Below are positions 1 to 11,684 of a stretch of DNA of 64,000 nt, piece after piece; the stretch's first letter is position 1; each line of letters begins with the position of its first letter. The stretch lies in the NCBI RefSeq assembly GCF_035084215.1, contig NC_090361.1, positions 3,286,001-3,350,000 of the forward strand, read 5' to 3'. Both the position numbers and the translations under genes were made by a program. This DNA comes from Heptranchias perlo (Eukaryota). A model generated the notes under the pieces. The model was not told where the DNA came from, ran no database searches, and worked only from the letters and a program-made list of their open reading frames with translations.

Positions 1-839
1 ACAGAGTGTAATCCTGGGTCATGACTAATATTTTCTCTATAATGTTCATCAAATGGACGACTGCATGGGAGGAAATGAGCCTCCAGTTATACCTCACATG
101 TTGTGCACATATTCTATATTAGTATTTACAACGTGAATAAACATTAACATATAATTAGAAAAGGAGACCAATTGGCCTCCTGCCTGACTCCAAAGTGCTA
201 GTTCACAGCAATCAGATGTTGTGACCGTAAAGGGCCAGGCTACATTAAGCACAGCTAGTATCAAAGTGCTACATTGTATGTTACATGTTATGTTTCTTGC
301 CGTGTAGATCAAGGCCTCCCCAGACTTGCTGTGAGCAATGTGACAGGAGATTCCATTTATTTTTCCAACATTGTTCCTGTTTCTCCCATCCTCTCTCAAA
401 CAGGACAAGTCTTGTTGGTTCTGGCGACCTTCTGATAAACAAGTGGTTGGTGTCCATGTGGGAGCTGAGGCAGCGATTGTCAGCGAGGCTATTCCATTCT
501 GGAGGGCATCACCACTGATCCCGACATCAAACACTCCCAGCAGGAGCCAGTGTCACTGGCTGAGTCTCCTCCCTCCCCTCACTAGCCCAGGGGCACCAAG
601 GGTAAATGTCCTCCCCATATCAATGGCCAAAGAAAGATTAGCAAAGTAACAAATGAGTAATCACCTCGGTCGGTGGTACTGGCTTCACACTGAACCAACT
701 GCAAACAGATCTGTACAAGCCGTGAACTGAACGCTGTTTTGTGTTTCAAAGCTACATATCGAGATAGGGGAGTGGAGGCTGGCAGCTGATTCTGACATTG
801 GAACTGTGCCCAGACTGATACAATGAAACTCCGCCAGCC

Positions 840-1250
840 ATCAGTGACCTTTGTGAAATGTGCTCGAGTTGTACAGCAAACCTGCCCACAGCTCAACAGA
901 GAAACATCAGGTACTTCTCCCAACTTGCGCCGTCTCTCGGAAATTCCCTCTGTGCCATTCCACTCTGAGCAAAGGGGTTTCCTGCTCCTGCGAACTCCAC
1001 TTCCTCGCCCGCGTCTCCCGGCCGGACACGCCTCGCCGTCCGGCGGAGACCTCTAGGTTCTCTCTAGGCGGGAGTCCTCTGCTGCACCATTGGGGATCTG
1101 GGGTGGAGAGTGTTGCATGGAGCAGTTCCGTCAAACAGGTCTTGAAATCAATTCATGGACTCCCAGGCCGCCTGTATCTTTTGCGACCTGGATGAGTCCG
1201 TGTTTCACGTTTACAAGGAGTGTGAGAGATTGCAGCTCCTGGTTCATGAT
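840..1250 (+). mobile_element. Degenerate Tx1/L1-clade non-LTR retrotransposon ORF2 C-terminal fragment (zinc-knuckle region)
   Basis: Frame from 1092 reads GDLGWRVLHGAVPSNRS*NQFMDSQAACIFCDLDESVFHVYKECERLQ: WRxLHG motif plus Cx2C..Hx4C knuckle typical of Tx1/L1 ORF2; upstream RPDTP motif; in-frame stop at 1143 and frameshifts. Confidence 0.7.
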
Positions 1251-2004
1251 ACTCCTCAAATACTCAACTACTTCAGTTACAAAGCTCATCAAGGACACAG
1301 TAAAGTTTTACACTGACACTCACTGACCTAGCAACTTCCTGCCTTCAAATCTGTGTGCATGGGGGCGGGGAAAAGGGAAGAGAAACCAGAGGGGATTATC
1401 ACATTGTTTCCTCATTTTCTGCAACATATACTTTTCGATGTTTAATCTTGAGCTGGGCTGAACTGTTCTTTCGCTATTGTCGAGGACACAACTCCATTTT
1501 GCTTTCTCTTTCCACTTGTTTGGTGTCCCGAGACCGACTCCTTCCCGTCCATGACAAACCATCCACATCGTGTGTGGACAATACGCGTTTAGACTTGGTG
1601 TCCACCTCGTCTGTATTAGAACTTTAAAATCGGTCCAAGCTGCACCCCCCCCCCACAGTGGGGAGTCACTGTACTCCCCGGCCAGCCTCGTGTGTGAGAG
1701 TGTGAGTGTGAATGTGAATACTGTCACGTCACAAGAGCCAAGCCAACAGTTATAGGAGCAGACTCCAGAATGCTGTTCACATTCTTTTCACAAATGTCTA
1801 AATTCACACTTGAGTGAAACACATTTTGATGATACTTTCATCGTTTCCCACACTCTAAGTTGGTCCTAATTTAAGATTGCAATGAGACGCCCGTAAACTT
1901 TCAGTCTACTTGCTTTCCCGTCTTGGCCTGTATTCTGGGCTCAGGAGTTGAGTGTCTGCTTTCCGAAAAGGTGAGGCTATTGGAGGGAAATTTGGGACAA
2001 AATA

Positions 2005-2625
2005 ACAACAACAACTTGCATTTATATAGCACCTTTAACATAGTAAAAAGTCCCAAGGCGCTTCACTGGAGCGATTATCAAACAAAATTTGACACCGAGC
2101 CACTTGATGATATTTTAGGACAGGGGACCAAAAGCTTGGCCAATGAGGTAGATCTTAAAGAAGGAGGGTGAGGTTTAGGGAGGGAATTCCAGAGCTCTGG
2201 GCCCAGGCAGCTGAAGGCACGGCCACCAGTGGTTCCGCGATTAAAATCGGGGATGTACAAGAGGCCAGAATTATAGGAGCGCAGCGCTCTCGGAGGGTTG
2301 TAGGGCTGGAGGAGATTAGAGATTGGTGGGGGGTGGGGGAACGAGGCCATGGAAGGATTTGAAAACAAGGATGAGAATTTTAAAATTGAGGCGTTGCCAG
2401 ACTGGGGGCCAATGTGGGTCAGCGAGCACAGGGGGTGATGGGTGAACGGGACTTGGTGCAAGTTAGGATACGGGCAGCAGAGTTTTGGATGAGCTCAAGT
2501 TTCTGGAGGGTGGAAGGTGGGAGGCCGGTCAGAAGAGCATTGGACTATTCCAGTCTGGAGGTAACAAAGGCATGGATGAGGGTTTCAGCAGCAGATAAGC
2601 TGAGGCGGGGGCAGATATTGACGTA
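2005..2625 (-). mobile_element. L2-like LINE 3' fragment
   Basis: Minus ORF ...LQPYNPPRALRS..GLL..P..GGRAFSCLGPELWNSLP; tail AGGTGCTATATAAATGCAAGTTGTTGTT; related copies at ~16655-17020(-), 19735-20120(+), 33145-33500(+), 35690-36070(-), 60700-61360(+). Confidence 0.75.
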
Positions 2626-4835
2626 GTCTGGGAAGACCAGTCAGGAAAAATCCCAACAGCTGAACACTGATTGTCTAAACATGTTTTTAGGTTTTGTGCT
2701 CAGGAAGGTCTGTCACCATGAACATGGTTTAAGATGTAAAGGTCACCAATAGCCCCACTTACACCTGTGACACCTCCACTTCCTATACCCATACCAGCCT
2801 CTAATCAACTGCTGTATTAGGATTGCTGTGCTGTAGGGCCTATGCAAGAGCAGAGACAGTCCCAAACTCATTTCACAGAACCCGACAGGCATCAGAGAGA
2901 ACAGACGTTCATAGAATCTTCAGTCATTCGGCCCATCGTGCCTGTGCTGGCTCTCTGAAAGAGCTGTCCAATTAGTCCCACTCCCCTGCTCTTTTATCCC
3001 ACAGCCTTGCAAATTTTTCCCTTTTCAAAGTTAGAATTTACTCTGCTTCCACTGCCCACAGGGCTGATCTGGACCCAAACCCCACCTCCAGGAGGTGAAA
3101 GATTAACTCATTAATTAAAGTGTGTGCCTGTTAATTCAGCTCAGTAATTCCTCCAAACCAGTTCACTTGATGTCACCAAAAACAAAATATTTGCAGAAAA
3201 CACAAAAAAAATGCACATTTGAAACATGTGTTTTTAGAATCTCTAGGTGAAGATTTCCCAAGGCCATTGTGCAAAATACTCCTATGATTCAAGGGCAGTG
3301 GAGTAGATAAAAAAAACAAGAGATTAGATGACATTGAGTTTGGGTTTTAAGAACCCAAAGACTAAGAGAAGACAGGAGGTGGGAAATGATACAATGATGT
3401 GTTAACTTTGTATTGATCCAATGTATACCCTCTGACCCCCCCCCCCCAACATTGAGACCACTCAAAATCAGGGCGGTATCTAAGTGGCTTGGTCCCTTTT
3501 CAGGCAGGATGTCAGAGTGTTTTAATTGGACAAGGAACTGTCATGGTCGCTGTGCCTCCTGCAGGAGGTCAAGGTTCAGTCAGGGAGAGACTATCATTGG
3601 TGGCCAGCTACCATTTTATGGCCAAATGCAATTGGTGCATAAAACTTCAGAAAGGAGAACTTTTTTTGGTAGAATGTGATTGGTCATATGATTTGTGAGA
3701 TGATTACTTCAAAGCAGAAAATAACCAATTAGAAAACATAACAAAAGAAATTAGACTGTTCCAAAAATTATAGTTAACAATTCCCCTGTATAGCTTTGGT
3801 TTTGGAAAGAGTCCCAGAGTTGAGATCTACACAGTACTTTGAACTTCTGAATGCTGACCAGATGTTACTGTTTAACCGGTCAGATAACAAGATTGGCTCA
3901 GCCCATTCCGCTGCTAGTCAGTATCATGCCCTTTGTACTTGTAAACATACACAATTCAACCCACCTCACTTGCCCAGTTTACAATGACCTGGCTGCTGAT
4001 GGGCATGTTTAATAACAGCAACTGACTCACATCAACAATCACCAGCCAATCAGGTGAATGGTGAGTTCACTTCAGTGACACCCACCCATTTTTTTCCTAT
4101 CCAAAAAATGTTGTTCTGGGGCAAGTGATCGTCTCCCACATTGGAGTAGTCCCACTCCAGAGACTTTAGCACAAAATCCAGACTGACACTCCAGCACAGT
4201 ACTGAGGGAGTGCTACACTGTCAGATGTGCCATCAAACCAAGGCCCCATCTGCCCCCTCAGGTGGATTTAGAAGATCCCATAACACTATTCGAAGAGGAG
4301 CAGGGTCATTCTCCCCATGTCCTGGTCAACCAACATCATGAAGAAAACAGATTATCTGGTCATTATCTGTGGGATCTTGCTGTGCACAAATTGGCTGCCG
4401 CATTTCTTACATTACAAGAGTGACTACACTGAAATATCCCCTCTGGAAGACTTGAAAAAATCCCAGTCTCTCCAGCTTTCCCTCATAACTCAGCCCTCTA
4501 ATGCCAGTGGTTAGCAGCAGGAAGCCAGGCAGATAACCCGCTCCCTGGCCCAGGGCACTGAGGTTTACTGTAATCTCCAATGGTTATCAACTAACTCGGG
4601 ACAGATCAAAAAAATTGAACTCGGAAACTCCTTTTCTGTTCAGCTCAGTACGACACTGGGCAGCAACTATATCCTGTAGACCAGGGAGCTCAGTCCTAAA
4701 TTAAAAAGACATGGGAATGGAAATCTGAAATAAACAGCAAATGCTGGAAATACTTAACAGCATCTGGGAAGAGACAGGTTAATGACCGGCGTAATCCATT
4801 AGAAGCGAAGTAATTAGAATTTCATTCAATATTTT

Positions 4836-4841
4836 TTTATT
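4836..4841 (-). terminator. Putative IER2 polyadenylation signal AATAAA
   Basis: tttatt on plus strand ~620 nt downstream of the IER2 stop, in an AT-rich context. Confidence 0.55.
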
Positions 4842-5454
4842 GGTCTATTTTGAAACAAGTCCTGAATTTAGAAATACATTTCAAGTTCCATATAATTTAA
4901 TTTCTGAAGCAAGAACTACAGTAACTTTGAATTACAAGAGTCCAGTCTGATGGTGGAGCGACTCCTCCCCGTCCTTAATAAAGCCAGCGAGGGGGGGGGG
5001 ATTCCTCGCACACATTTGGCTCAGTTTGTTGTGACCCAAAGGCTGGCCTCGGGTCTCTGATCAAAACAGGACGCTCGGAATCCTGTTGTGTAACATGAGA
5101 AAACGCCTCGTCACTGCCTTGGCATCGAGATCTGAAAACACGAGTCACTGGTGTTGGCTCCTCTGGGTTGTTTAAGCGGCTCCTTCCAAACCCTTTAGGG
5201 GGGTTAATGAGAGGCTGAGGCGGCGATGCCATTACCGGTAGCTGGAAGGACCGGTCACCGTGTACCCTTGACCCGGTTTGAACGCCATCAGTCTTTAAAC
5301 GCCCTCGGGATGACTAATTTAATCGGAAGGGCGAACGATCCCTTCTCGTCGCCAGGAGGAGAGTTACCGCGTGTGGATTTCCGGTCAACCCTCTTGTTCA
5401 TTTCTCCCGTCAATTTCCAAGCCGACTCTATTTTTCTGACCTCCAGCAGCCTCT

Positions 5455-6369
5455 TCAATAGGCCACAATGGCTCGGACCCAAATGCCCAGTTTGCTGAGC
5501 ACCCTGTCCCGGCAGATCTGTCCAGGAGACACCGACTGGTCTTTCGGTGACTCGGCCTTGCCTTTGCTCAGCAGCCCGGTGAATCCCGAGCCGAAGACGC
5601 TGACCAGGCTGTGGATGTTTGAGGTTTCCACTTCCTGCCCTGGCCTCCCGGAAACCAACGCCTCCTCCTCCTCCTCCAGTCGGGCTCTCTTGTTCGGCAG
5701 ACACTCGGGCTCAGCCCAGTCTCTGTGATCGGAGCCTTTCCTCCGCTTCCTGCTCCTGTCGGGTCCGCACACCCCGTCATCGGGAGTGGGCCGCACATCC
5801 CCGGCCTCCCTTCGAGTTACAGGCGTTTCCTCGGCGACGTCTTGTCCTAACCCGGGAGCTGCTGTTTCCAGCGGCCGGCCACTGGTGTCGCAATCCGGGC
5901 AAACAGATGGGTCGCTGCGCTCGGCCTCTCCCGGGCGGCCCTGGGGCGATTCGGATACATTGTATCGGCCGGGAGTTGCGGACTCGATACATTCCGCGTC
6001 GATACATTCCGCCGAGTCGATACATTCGCGTTCCGTGGAACGCCGCGGGATTCCATTCGAAGCCGACTGGCTACATTCAGATTCCACTGGAACCTCCTCC
6101 GCCTCCACGCCGCTCGGGGTCAGTCCCTGATCGGTTCCGCTCTCCCGATCCTCAGCCCGGGGCTCGATCTCCATGGCGGCGGCGGCCTCCGCCTCCTCGC
6201 TCGCTTCCTGCTCGGCTCGAACGTTGAGATAGACATCGCGGGCGCTGCGGAGCACCAGCGACAGCAGCAGGCTCTTGTGAAGCCGAATGCCTCCTCGCTG
6301 GAGCCGGGAGCTGTACATCTTCCCCAGGGCGACGGCCATCACCCGCTGGGCTTCTACCTTCAGATCCAT
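5455..6369 (-). CDS. IER2: Immediate early response protein 2 (IER family), intronless, 304 aa
   Basis: N-terminal IER domain EAQRVMAVALGKMYSSRLQRGGIRLHKSLLLSLVLRSAR; basic NLS RKRR; C-terminal SLVSVFGSGFTGLL...RAIVAY; ATG at 6369 (the ORF-track start at 6393 is TTG); synteny with STX10/NACC1/TRMT1 favours IER2 over IER5/IER5L. Confidence 0.9.
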   Translation of the reverse strand: MDLKVEAQRVMAVALGKMYSSRLQRGGIRLHKSLLLSLVLRSARDVYLNVRAEQEASEEAEAAAAMEIEPRAEDRESGTDQGLTPSGVEAEEVPVESECSQSASNGIPRRSTERECIDSAECIDAECIESATPGRYNVSESPQGRPGEAERSDPSVCPDCDTSGRPLETAAPGLGQDVAEETPVTRREAGDVRPTPDDGVCGPDRSRKRRKGSDHRDWAEPECLPNKRARLEEEEEALVSGRPGQEVETSNIHSLVSVFGSGFTGLLSKGKAESPKDQSVSPGQICRDRVLSKLGIWVRAIVAY

Positions 6370-6513
6370 GGAGGGGGTGGGGGGGAATGACAAACAAGGG
6401 CCGGTGGAAATGCTAGGGGGTAATGGCGGGAGAATGGAACCCAGAGCCCTCTGACCGTCAGCCGCTCCCGCTGCCTCCCCGCTTCTTCAATCACCCGCGC
6501 ACGGGGCGAACCT

Positions 6514-6790
6514 CCTTATATAACGGTGACGTAACCCCCGAAACTCCACCCCGCCCCGCCCATCACCCTTTAAACCCCTCCCCCCGAATATTTAACAGGA
6601 TCTCCAGCCCTTTCCTCTGTTTCCTAATGGCCCCAAAATACTTTGAATCCCCCTCTTTATCGCAGGTTCATTTTCTTTGGTCTCTTCACTGCCTTAATCC
6701 ATATATGGTCTGGGCGGATGGGCCGCCTCATCCGTTTCAGTCAGCGGATGGGGGTGACGAGCAGTTTCCGATTCCATATATGGGAGTGTT
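6514..6790 (-). promoter_or_regulatory. IER2 proximal promoter: TATA, CRE-like site, GC boxes and two serum response elements
   Basis: TATATAAG (~6515-6522, minus), TGACGTAA 6527-6534, CCGCCC boxes ~6551-6561, two perfect CArG boxes CCATATATGG at 6699-6708 and 6774-6783 with adjacent ETS cores CGGATG/CGGAAA. Confidence 0.8.
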
Positions 6791-7589
6791 TGGAAACTCC
6801 CTGTGACGCCGCTCTGTGAGACCCGAGCGGACGGACGAACCGGCGATCGTATTAAAGGAGGCAAAAGTCACGCCTACTTTAAAGAGAAAAAATCAAAATA
6901 TTATTAGCATTCTAAGTATCAAAGTTTTTCGGATGTTGGGAGTGGAAAGGGGAAGCCCCCGGCGGAACCTTTCCATCCAACGTTATGGACGGTTCAAGAA
7001 AGGTGCTTCTGACGAGAGAAAGAGTTCAGAGATTTGGTGACAAATGGTCAGCCCTGTTCCTGAAAAGTCTTTCTTTCTTTCTTTGTTTCTATCTATCTGT
7101 CTGTCTGTGTAAAAATCTTAAATCTACAACATCAGATAAGTGTCAAAAGTAGATTTTTAAAAAGCCAGTCATTTCCTGCTGATTTTTCTGACCTTGATAA
7201 TCTGGTCTGTCCCCAAGGGCAGGATTCCGTGATCGGTGGGCGCCGCAGAGCATGGAGTGTCTTATAAATACCGTTAACAACATTATCATTTAGTTCCCTA
7301 ACCGCCCCCCCCCCTCCGCTTATAAAAGGGGGGCCTATAAACACACGAGATTTGGCTAATTTGGCAGGATGGGGAGTGCCGACATACCCAGTCCCAAGGC
7401 TGAGCTGGGAACTGCAGAGACTCGCAGCCTGAACCTGGAGGCCAAAGACAGGTGACTGAGAATCCTGGGAGTGAAATAAAGGTGGTCCTTCAAAGCCACG
7501 TTGGCTGACATTGAAATGATTTTTGGGGGTGGACGGGGTTCATGACCCCCACTGGCTTCGCCTTGGCTCTAATTGACCTCGGTGTCAAC

Positions 7590-8022
7590 CGTGGGTCAGT
7601 GGGCAGCACTCTCGCCTCTGGGTCAGAAGGTCGTGGGTTCAAGTCCCCCTCCAGAGATTTGGGTACATAATCTGGGCTGAGACTCCCAGTGCAGTACTGA
7701 GGGAGTGCTGCACTGTCAAAGTTGCCCTCTTTCAGATGATGCATTAAACCTAGGCTCCTTCTACTCTCTCCGGTGGATGTAAAAGATCCCATGGCAGTAT
7801 TTCAAAGAAAAGCAGGGGAGTTCTCCCTCCCTATTTATCCCTCAGCCAACATCACTAAAAGAAAGGTCATTATTACATTGCTGTTTGTGGGATCTTGCTG
7901 TGCGTAAATTGGCTGCCGCATTTCCTACATTACAACAGTGACTACACTTCCAAAGTATTTCATTGGCTGTAAAGCACTTTGGGACATCCTGAGGTTATGA
8001 AAGGTGCTATAAAAATGCAATC
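7590..8022 (+). mobile_element. tRNA-derived SINE with Deu domain (SacSINE1-like) and L2-derived tail
   Basis: A-box-like GTGGGTCAGTGGG, B-box GGTTCAAGTCC, central GGATGTAAAAGATCCCATGGCA..GAGTTCTCC, tail GCTGTAAAGCACTTTGGGACATCCTGAGG..GCTATAAAAATGCAA; other copies ~4140-4430, 17983-18337, 21113-21520, 42637-43068, 44630-45035, 53790-54245(-), 58900-59230. Confidence 0.75.
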
Positions 8023-8078
8023 TGCCTTTCTCAGAGTGTGCCTATTTAGATTGCCTCTCACAAGGTGTTGAGTGCTGA

Positions 8079-8348
8079 CCATATATGGAGAGATGACCCC
8101 AGTCACATAATTTCAGCAACTAAACCTCACAGAATCTAGATGAGCAACAGCACAGGGGAATCAGTTGGTGTTCTAAAGATATACAAACTCGTTTAACATT
8201 TCAATTGTATGGTTCTATTAAAAATAACTAAAAATAGTTCTATATTCTGTACAAAAGACACACCTTAAACCAGTACCTGCCTGTGTCTATCAACATTTCT
8301 TTCAGGATTAGTAACTCATCACATCAACAATGAAACTGGATGGTGACG
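8079..8348. promoter_or_regulatory. Candidate distal enhancer (CArG + tandem MEF2 + half-CRE)
   Basis: CCATATATGG 8079-8088; TTAAAAATAA 8218-8227 and CTAAAAATAG 8228-8237; TGACG 8344-8348. Confidence 0.5.
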
Positions 8349-9672
8349 TTTAGCATCAGAAATGAACACCTCGAGGTACAGGAGTGATAATGTAAAGTGA
8401 CTACTGAGGGGCATTGAATTAGGTAGCTTCATAAAACCTAAGAGATAGATTTCTGGACTCTAGGGGAATGAAGGGATATGGGGATTGGGCAGGAAAGTGG
8501 AGTTGAGGTTGAAGATCAGCCATGATCTGATTGAATGGCGGAGCAGGCTCGAGGGGCCGTCTGGCCTACTCCTGCTCCTATTTCTTATGTTCTAATCATG
8601 ATGATGGATATTTATTCACAGTTTTTATGGAAAAGTGGAAGGAATTATAGAATGGGATAGTTCTGGAAAAATCCTGTAGATAAAAACTCAGGAGATATTA
8701 GGACAGGTGATAAAAATGCTGTTTGACTTTTCCTGTCATCCTGAACTGTTGGGTCGAATTATAAATGGATGGATGCATGGAATGCCAATCCCAAAACAGC
8801 AGTCAAAATTCTTCCTACCTTTAACGTAGTAAAATGTCCCAAGGCACGCCACAGGAACGATTATCAAACAAAATTTAACACCGAGCCACACAAGGGGACA
8901 TTAGGACAGCCTTGATCAAAGTGGCAGGTTTAAAGGAGCGTCTTCAAGGAGGTGGAGAGGTTTAGAGAGGGAATTCCAGAGCTTAGGGCCTAGGCAGGTG
9001 AAGGCACGGCCGCCAATGGTGGAGCGATGAAAATGAGAGAGTAGAATTAGTAAACGGTAATTTTGGGACTGAGATCAGGAAATTCTTTACACAAAGATTG
9101 ATCAACAAGTGGATTTCCTGGTAGAGTACTGTAGGCAAAAAACCCTGGAATAATTTGGGAAACAAATCATAAAATCTTACAGCACAGAAGGAGGCTATTC
9201 GGCCCATCATGTCTGTGCGGGCTCATTGATAGCGTTATCCCATTAGTCCCACTTCCCTGCTCTTTCCCCATAGCCCTTTACAAGAGTATACCCAATTCCC
9301 AATTGGATGCTGGGGGGGAGGGGGTTTGCTGGGAAAATGATGACGAACCAGCACCTGGTGTGTTACTATGGCAACAGATCACAAACTCACATTTATAGGG
9401 TACCTTTCATGTAGTGGGATGAATCGAAGGGATGAGCAGGAATTAAGAACTAGTCAGGGTGGATGGAAACTGGAAACAGACAGCTCAGGTCCTCCGCCAC
9501 CACCGGTTGGAGCTGTTCCGTTTGCTAAAGACACTTTTGAGGGACTGATCTTGTTTTCATGTTGGGTTTGTTGAAGCCCAGTCCCTTGTCAGGTGACCAG
9601 GGAGTGTTGCCCGGATGCTATCGAGGGTGGTTGACAGTGGGAGTTGTGGCTGTGTATTGTGGAAAGACAAAG

Positions 9673-9707
9673 ATGTCACTGGAGGATCCATTTTTTGTTG
9701 TGAAAGG
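9673..9707 (+). CDS. STX10: Syntaxin-10 coding exon 1 (MSLEDPFFVVKG)
   Basis: Conserved STX6/STX10 N-terminus; donor GG|GTGAGT. Confidence 0.9.
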
Positions 9708-10907
9708 GTGAGTTAATAATCATTGCACATCCTCTTGCTGGAAGGGTGTCGCTGGCAGATCAGGGCTTTCAAGGCTGACCAGCATCCGCAGTATTTTGCT
9801 TTAGATTCAGGGCTTTCTTCCCCTAGTTTCTAAAGCCACTTCCCTTTCTTGTTGAGTTTAAAGGGATTTAGGAACTGTCCCACTCTCCCCTCCCTCCTGC
9901 CCATTCCCTGTCCCCACTGTCCTGGAGCTCCACCTTCCCAGTTTGTTAATAAGATTTCGCCCGGGGGGTGATTTTAAAGCGTGAGCGAACTCCACAAATC
10001 ACAGACCTGTGACCACAAGTCACAGCACGCGAGGATGCAGGAGTTTGGGAGAAGTTTTATTCTCTACTCGAGGGTGTGGAGAATTCCCCAGGGTGGGAAT
10101 AATCAGATTTCATTCTAAAAGAAAGAACTTGCATTTATATAGCGCCTTTCACGACCTCAGGACCTCCCAAAGCGCTTTACAGCCAATGAGTTACTTTTTG
10201 AAGTGTGGTCACTGTTGGAATGTAGATCCATCCATTTAATGTGATGTATTTCATTCTAATTTGAGAAGGTTCTCCCCTTGACTCTTGCTGGGGTACAATT
10301 ACACTGGTACCAGACGCCCTCCTGCACCTCATCCAAGAGGCTAATCTTGATACATGAGCTCGGACTATTTGACAGGCTGTGCAACCGTGGGGAGAGGCAT
10401 TTAAGTCAACAACAACTTGCATTTATATACATTCTTCACCGCACTTGCCAGTGGAGTTACTGGATCGCAGGAGCCCTGCTATTCCACCCCCCCCCCTCAT
10501 TGACCAGGAGCGAATTAACTAGTTGAGGAGCGGAGGGTAGCAATACTGACAGCAAAAGAAAATAGTTTTGCAGGTTGTTTTACTAGAATTGTTGATTTGA
10601 TGATCTGGTGCAAAATAAAATCTCCACTGACGCAGTGTGTGCCACACCAGGTCGCAGTGCCACTGGAGGGTGTCACACAGCTTCACTCTGCCGGGTTCCT
10701 GATTTCCTATATATGACCAGACACTCATTGTCCACCCTGGGCTCCCTTGGTCTTCTTGCTCCGTGTGCAGGGCCAGGAAAGATACTCGAGCTGTTTCCTG
10801 TCTCTCTCTCTCATGTTCAGTTTGTTCTCAGTGGCTGCCCACAGCAATGGTTTGACTGGAAAGTGTAGCTATGGGGACTCGCCATCAGAAGCTTCCATCA
10901 GTCCCTG

Positions 10908-11440
10908 GTCTGCGACCCCCCCCCCCCACCTCTGCAGCGCCGTCTGCGACCCCCCCTCCTCTCCAGCGCCGTCTGCGACCCCCCCTCCTCTCCAGCGCCG
11001 TCTGCGACCCCCCCCTCCTCTCCAGCGCCGTCTGCGACCCCCCCTCCTCTCCAGCGCCGTCTGCGACCCCCCCTCCTCTCCAGCGCCGTCTGCGACCCCC
11101 CCCCCTCCTCTCCAGCGCCGTCTGCGACCCCCCCCTCCTCTCCAGCGCCGTCTGCGACCCCCCCCCTCCTCTCCAGCGCCGTCTGCGACACCCCCCTCCT
11201 CTCCAGCGCCGTCTGCGACCCCCCCCTCCTCTCCAGCGCCGTCTGCGACCCCCCCCTCCTCTCCAGCGCCGTCTGCGACCCCCCCTCCTCTCCAGCGCCG
11301 TCTGCGACCCCCCCCTCCTCTCCAGCGCCGTCTGCGACCCCCCCCTCCTCTCCAGCGCCGTCTGCGACCCCCCCCCCTCCTCTCCAGCGCCGTCTGCGAC
11401 CCCCCCCCCCCCCCCCTCTCCAGCGCCGTCTGCGACCCCC
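10908..11440 (+). repeat. Minisatellite, ~18 copies of ~29-31 bp unit CCTCCTCTCCAGCGCCGTCTGCGAC(C)n
   Basis: 18 occurrences of GTCTGCGAC counted; units differ almost only in the length of the C run. Confidence 0.95.
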
Positions 11441-11514
11441 AGCTGAGTCTACCAGTGCAGTCCTGATAAATACGGGGATGTGGTCTGTTCTAGAATTCCC
11501 TTCTTTGTTTACAG

Positions 11515-11684
11515 AGAGGTGCAGAAGGCAGTGAACACAGCCCGTGGGCTATACCAGCGATGGTGTGAACTACTGCAGGACACGCAGAGTATCAGCAAAG
11601 AGGAGTATGACTGGACGACTAATGAACTGCGAAACAGCCTGCGGAGTATCGAATGGGACCTGGAGGATCTGGACGAGACCATTG
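11515..11684 (+). CDS. STX10: Syntaxin-10 exon 2 (Habc domain), followed by a U12 AT-AC intron
   Basis: [20 protein letters not shown]...[24 protein letters not shown]; acceptor tttacAG; donor ATATCCTT. Confidence 0.92.

Noticed and set aside
6370-6393. ORF-track N-terminal extension of IER2
   Set aside because: Starts at TTG; the first ATG at 6369 matches the family N-terminus
10747-11466. Long Pro/Ser-rich ORFs (239 aa and 191 aa)
   Set aside because: They are translations of a minisatellite in STX10 intron 1, open in several frames only because the unit lacks stop codons
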